Shown here: positions 60,397 to 64,000 of the stretch, piece by piece
How the letters are laid out: each line of letters starts with the position of its first letter
Position numbering within the stretch: position 1 is the stretch's first letter
Origin: Bryobacteraceae bacterium
GTDB lineage: Bacteria; Acidobacteriota; Terriglobia; Bryobacterales; Bryobacteraceae
DNA length: 64,000 nucleotides
Direction: 5' to 3'
NCBI GenBank assembly: GCA_036821995.1
Contig: DAISIM010000015.1
Coordinates: 24,060-88,059, forward strand
Program-made: the position numbers and the translations under genes
Notes under the pieces: generated by a model
What the model was told of the DNA's origin: nothing
The model's input: the letters and a program-made list of their open reading frames with translations, nothing else
The model's database searches: none

Positions 60397-61626
60397 ATGC
60401 AGCAGGTGAACCGGAGAGAATTCATGGCGGCGAATGCGGGCGCGGCGTTTGTACAAACAGGGGTGCGTTACGATTACGCCATCATTGGCGCAGGAGTATT
60501 TGGCGTGTGGCTGGCGCGCGACCTGCACCGGAGGGGCAAGCGAGTGCTGGTGGTGGACCAGCACGGAGCAGCGAACAACCGGGCCAGCAGCGGAGGGGAA
60601 ACGCGCATCATCCGGTTTGGCTATGGAGACCGTGAGATCTACACTCGGTGGAGCCAGCAGTCGCTGCATGAGTACAAGCTGGCTTACGCGGAACTGGATC
60701 CAACGCTGTTTGTGGAGACGGGTTTTCTGTGGCTGGCGAGACCGGGTGATGGCTATACAGAGGCGAATTTGGCAGTATTCGACCGGCTAAATGTGCCTTA
60801 CGCGAAACTGGACCGGGCGGCGTTGGAGACGCAATACCCGCAGATTGACCTGGGGCCGATCACTTGGGGGATCTATGAGCCACAAGCAGGCGGGCTGCTG
60901 GCTCGGCGGGGTGTACAGACGATACTTGCGTCCATTCGCAAGTCAGGAGTTGACTACCTGCAGGCGCAGGTTGTGGCTCCGGAAGCGGGCAGCCGATTTG
61001 CCACGCTCCGCACCGCGACCGGTGAGCAGATTTCTGCGGCGAAGCTGGTGTACTCGTGTGGCCCCTGGTTGGCGAAGTTGTTTCCCGACATCCTGGGAGA
61101 CCGGATCCGCCCGACGCGGCAAGAGGTATATTACTTCGGCTTGCCGCCGGGCGATGCCTGGTTCCGTGCGCCGAAGATGCCCAGTTGGGTGGATCCAGGC
61201 GATACCATGTACGGTCTCCCCGACATTGAGAATCGCGGGTTTAAGGTGGCCCTGGACCAGCACGGGCCGAAGGTGGATCCGGATACGCAGGAGCGGCTGG
61301 TTGGCGAGAAATCCGCGGAAGCGGTACGGGCATTCGTGAAGCGGCGTTTTCCCCGTCTGGCGGGCGCACCGGTAACCCAAACGGAGGTCTGCCAGTATGA
61401 GAACACCTCCAATGGGGACTACTTGATGGACCGTCATCCGGGGTTTGACAACGTGTGGCTGCTAGGCGGAGGTTCCGGGCATGGTTACAAGCATGGGCCT
61501 GCTGTGGGCAGCTACTTTGCGAATGCTCTTGAGACAGGGCAGCCGGTGGACCCGAGGTTTGCGCTCGCTACGAAGGAGGCGATGGTTGAAGGAGGCAGGT
61601 CATCCACGATTCCTGCCCCCAAGTAG
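60397..61626 (+). CDS. FAD-dependent oxidoreductase (DAO/sarcosine oxidase-like) with a possible Tat signal
   Basis: NRREFMAANAGAAF N-terminus, then the dinucleotide fold YDYAIIGAGVFGVWLARDL...VLVVDQ. GGSGHGYKHGP lies near the C-terminus. Confidence 0.8.
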   Translation: MQQVNRREFMAANAGAAFVQTGVRYDYAIIGAGVFGVWLARDLHRRGKRVLVVDQHGAANNRASSGGETRIIRFGYGDREIYTRWSQQSLHEYKLAYAELDPTLFVETGFLWLARPGDGYTEANLAVFDRLNVPYAKLDRAALETQYPQIDLGPITWGIYEPQAGGLLARRGVQTILASIRKSGVDYLQAQVVAPEAGSRFATLRTATGEQISAAKLVYSCGPWLAKLFPDILGDRIRPTRQEVYYFGLPPGDAWFRAPKMPSWVDPGDTMYGLPDIENRGFKVALDQHGPKVDPDTQERLVGEKSAEAVRAFVKRRFPRLAGAPVTQTEVCQYENTSNGDYLMDRHPGFDNVWLLGGGSGHGYKHGPAVGSYFANALETGQPVDPRFALATKEAMVEGGRSSTIPAPK

Positions 61627-61634
61627 CAGTCAAG

Positions 61635-63446
61635 TTACTTCACAACCACACCGCGCTCGTCCAGTAGAGTGCCGGAGAGCCGCAGGAGCGTGAGCCGGTT
61701 GCGGTTGTAGTTGATGCTCTCGGTAACCAGACGCTGTTCGTTGTTAATCAGGTCAGTCTGTGCGGCCTGCAGGAAGAACAGGGTGACTGTACCCAGGTCG
61801 TACTTCTTCTGTTCGGCTTCCAGCCGCTTCTGAGCGAAATCACGGGCAATGCCTGCGAGGCGGACACTCTCGCGGCTGGCTTCGAGGTTGTTTATCGCGT
61901 TGAGGATGTCGAGGCGCACGGTTTGTTCCAGGTCACGGATGCGGAGCATGGTGGTCTTCTTGCGCACCAGGGAATCCGCGTAGTTGGCGGAAGCCTGCCG
62001 GTCTCGGATGGGCAAGGCCAGTTGCAGGCCAAAGGTGTAGGCCGGGAAATCAAAGGCCAGGGTGTTGCCAAAGGCGCTCCACAGGCCTACCTGCTGGACG
62101 ATCCGGCGCGTATCGGGATCCAGTTGGTTACCGCCACGACCGACGCCGGCGTAGCGCAGGGTGAGTGCCAGGTTGGGCCGCAACTGGTTCACGCTCTGCT
62201 TGATGCCCAGGTCGTCGCCAATCAACTGCTGGCGCTGCTGCAGCAGGTCCGGTCGGTTGCGCAGGGCCTCCTCCACATAGCCTTCGCGGTCAATGGTCTC
62301 AGACGGAGTGGGCGGAGTAACGATATCGGTGATCTCAATCGGAAGGCGGCGGATGTCAGGGTCGAGGTCGACGCCGATCTGTTGCCGGAGAACGTCCTCG
62401 GTACGAGCAAGGCGGAACTTGGCCTGGGTGTAGTTTACTTCGGCTTGCGCAAAGTCGGCCTGTGGCTGGAAGACGTCCAGTTCCGGGATGGCACCGAGTT
62501 CCAATTCTCGTTGGGCGCGACGCAATGATTCGCGGCGGAGGTTTAAGGCGGCTTCCTGAACGCGGAGGTTCTCGCGAGCTTCAAGGTAGTCCCAGTAGGC
62601 TAGTTCCGCGTTGGACAAGATGTTGATGACCTGATCCTCAAAGGCCAGCTCAGAGGTTTGCAGGGTATTGCGGGCAATGAGGATGGGAACCTTGTTAATC
62701 ATGCCCCGGTTGCGCAACAACGGCTGAGTGACCTGGATATTGGCGCCGGTGTTGATGAATGGATTGAAGATCTGAAACTGGTTGTTGTTGCTAGACCGAC
62801 TTGCGCTCATCCCAACCTGCATCTGGGTGCCCGGCAGGAAGGTTTGGTTGTAACCGAAAGTGGCCGGCTGGTTCAGCTGGCTTACCACCGATGCGCCTTC
62901 CAACTGGTTGGTGGCGGGCGTCTCACTGCGAGTGGCGGTGAAGTTGCCGTTGAAGGTTGGGTCAAGGAAGGACATCGAACGCATGATGGCGTTCTTTGGC
63001 GTCTCTAGTTGGAGCTTTTGGATGGCGATGTTGGTGTTGTTGGCCAGAACGAGGTCGAGATAAGAGCGCAAGGAAAGCTGCAGCTTCTGGTCGCGGATGA
63101 AGTCACTGAAGCCGGTGGGGTCAAGCAACTGGACGCGAAACTCGGGGTTGCCCAGGATGCGCTTGAAGTAAGCGGGCACACCGAAGACGGGGGCCTCGCG
63201 TGCCTCATCGAACGCGTAGCCGCCTGAGACCATGGGGCGCGAGAGGGATTCCACAGGGGTAAAGGCATTGGTGAGCTTCACGGCTTCCTGCGATTCGGGC
63301 GCCGGGGCTGATGCCGGAGCGGCCATCACGCCCACTTCCGTTTTAGCCGGCTGTGGTGGCGCGGGCGCGGACTCCGTCTGCGCAAAGGCGGGCAAGGCAA
63401 GAGCCGCCATCAGGATGAGAGAAAAACAGACACTCGTTCGTTGCAT
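61635..63446 (-). CDS. TolC-family outer membrane efflux protein
   Basis: Signal peptide ending ALPAFAQ and two OEP repeat halves. Lies directly downstream of a MacB-type permease gene. Confidence 0.85.
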   Translation of the reverse strand: MQRTSVCFSLILMAALALPAFAQTESAPAPPQPAKTEVGVMAAPASAPAPESQEAVKLTNAFTPVESLSRPMVSGGYAFDEAREAPVFGVPAYFKRILGNPEFRVQLLDPTGFSDFIRDQKLQLSLRSYLDLVLANNTNIAIQKLQLETPKNAIMRSMSFLDPTFNGNFTATRSETPATNQLEGASVVSQLNQPATFGYNQTFLPGTQMQVGMSASRSSNNNQFQIFNPFINTGANIQVTQPLLRNRGMINKVPILIARNTLQTSELAFEDQVINILSNAELAYWDYLEARENLRVQEAALNLRRESLRRAQRELELGAIPELDVFQPQADFAQAEVNYTQAKFRLARTEDVLRQQIGVDLDPDIRRLPIEITDIVTPPTPSETIDREGYVEEALRNRPDLLQQRQQLIGDDLGIKQSVNQLRPNLALTLRYAGVGRGGNQLDPDTRRIVQQVGLWSAFGNTLAFDFPAYTFGLQLALPIRDRQASANYADSLVRKKTTMLRIRDLEQTVRLDILNAINNLEASRESVRLAGIARDFAQKRLEAEQKKYDLGTVTLFFLQAAQTDLINNEQRLVTESINYNRNRLTLLRLSGTLLDERGVVVK

Positions 63447-63451
63447 GGATC

Positions 63452-64000
63452 TTACTCGTAGCGAATGGCTTCAATGGGATCGAGTTTCGCCGCTTGAACG
63501 GCCGGGTAGATCCCGAAAAGTAGCCCGATGAATACGGAAACGCCAAAGGCGACCGCGATGGAAGCGAAAGTGACGACCGTGCTCCAACCGGCTGCGGCGG
63601 CAATCACGCGCGACAGGGTGAAGCCAAAAGCAATGCCGATGAGGCCGCCGACGATGGAAATGAGAACTGCTTCGGTGAGGAACTGGCGGATGATGTCGGC
63701 CTGCCTGGCACCAATGGCGCGGCGGATGCCGATTTCGCGAGTGCGCTCCAGCACCGTCGCGAGCATGATATTCATGATGCCGATGCCGCCAACCAGAAGC
63801 GAGATGCCGGCGATGCAGATCATGACCACGCTAAAAATGAAGCTGGTCTGGCGGCGCTGCTCAAGCAACTGGGCAGGAACGACGACGGTGAAGTCTCCTG
63901 CTTCTTTGTGGGTGGCGTTGAGGATGGCCTGTACGACGTTAGCCGCTTCCACGGAATCGACGTTGTTCTGGACGCGAATGTAGATGCCGTCGATTTCGTC
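63452..64000 (-). CDS. MacB/FtsX-type ABC transporter permease, C-terminal part (gene continues beyond the window end)
   Basis: LERTREIGIRRAIGARQ ... DPIEAIRYE FtsX block. The reading frame stays open upstream of the listed Met as far as position 64000. Confidence 0.85.
   Translation of the reverse strand, partial: DEIDGIYIRVQNNVDSVEAANVVQAILNATHKEAGDFTVVVPAQLLEQRRQTSFIFSVVMICIAGISLLVGGIGIMNIMLATVLERTREIGIRRAIGARQADIIRQFLTEAVLISIVGGLIGIAFGFTLSRVIAAAAGWSTVVTFASIAVAFGVSVFIGLLFGIYPAVQAAKLDPIEAIRYE

Overview
High-GC (about 60%) bacterial chromosomal segment. It is densely packed with about 62 protein-coding genes in alternating strand blocks. By eye I found no rRNA, tRNA, CRISPR array, IS element, integrase or prophage signature. 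Gene content suggests an Acidobacteriota-like genome: orphan MacB/FtsX-type permeases, ECF sigma/anti-sigma, TolC, an HpnI-like GT21 and many start/stop overlaps. That assignment is inference only. Most of the window is housekeeping:
- the conserved ffh-rpsP-KH-rimM-trmD-rplS-rnhB-lepB block
- gmk/yicC, an msbA-like exporter plus a heptosyltransferase, and eda
- metG/tatD, a polyprenyl synthase, larC and cobB
- a dinG-like helicase, dapF, pyk, uppP, ftsK, thrS and htpX

I did not find a convincing large novel multi-gene system. The observations most worth a second look are:
1. The DapF homolog has serine at both canonical catalytic cysteine positions.
2. A register-preserving 16-unit array of a 9-bp repeat (ATCCGACAC) lies in a 500-bp gap upstream of an orphan gene.
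3. A radical SAM enzyme with a SPASM/twitch-like C-terminus is preceded by a 255-nt leader containing short Cys-containing ORFs, and followed by a fused two-domain ThyX-like protein whose halves carry complementary motif losses.
4. A UvrC N-terminal-half homolog has lost the GIY-YIG catalytic residues but keeps the Cys cluster and the UVR motif.
5. uppS sits in an apparent operon with a membrane protein, an HTH regulator and a CreD-like protein, flanked by three copies of an AGTnCTTTGCG motif.
6. A 46-aa very basic ORF with a perfect Shine-Dalgarno sits in an otherwise empty 300-bp gap.

All functional calls come from motif recognition in the supplied translations; no database search was run.
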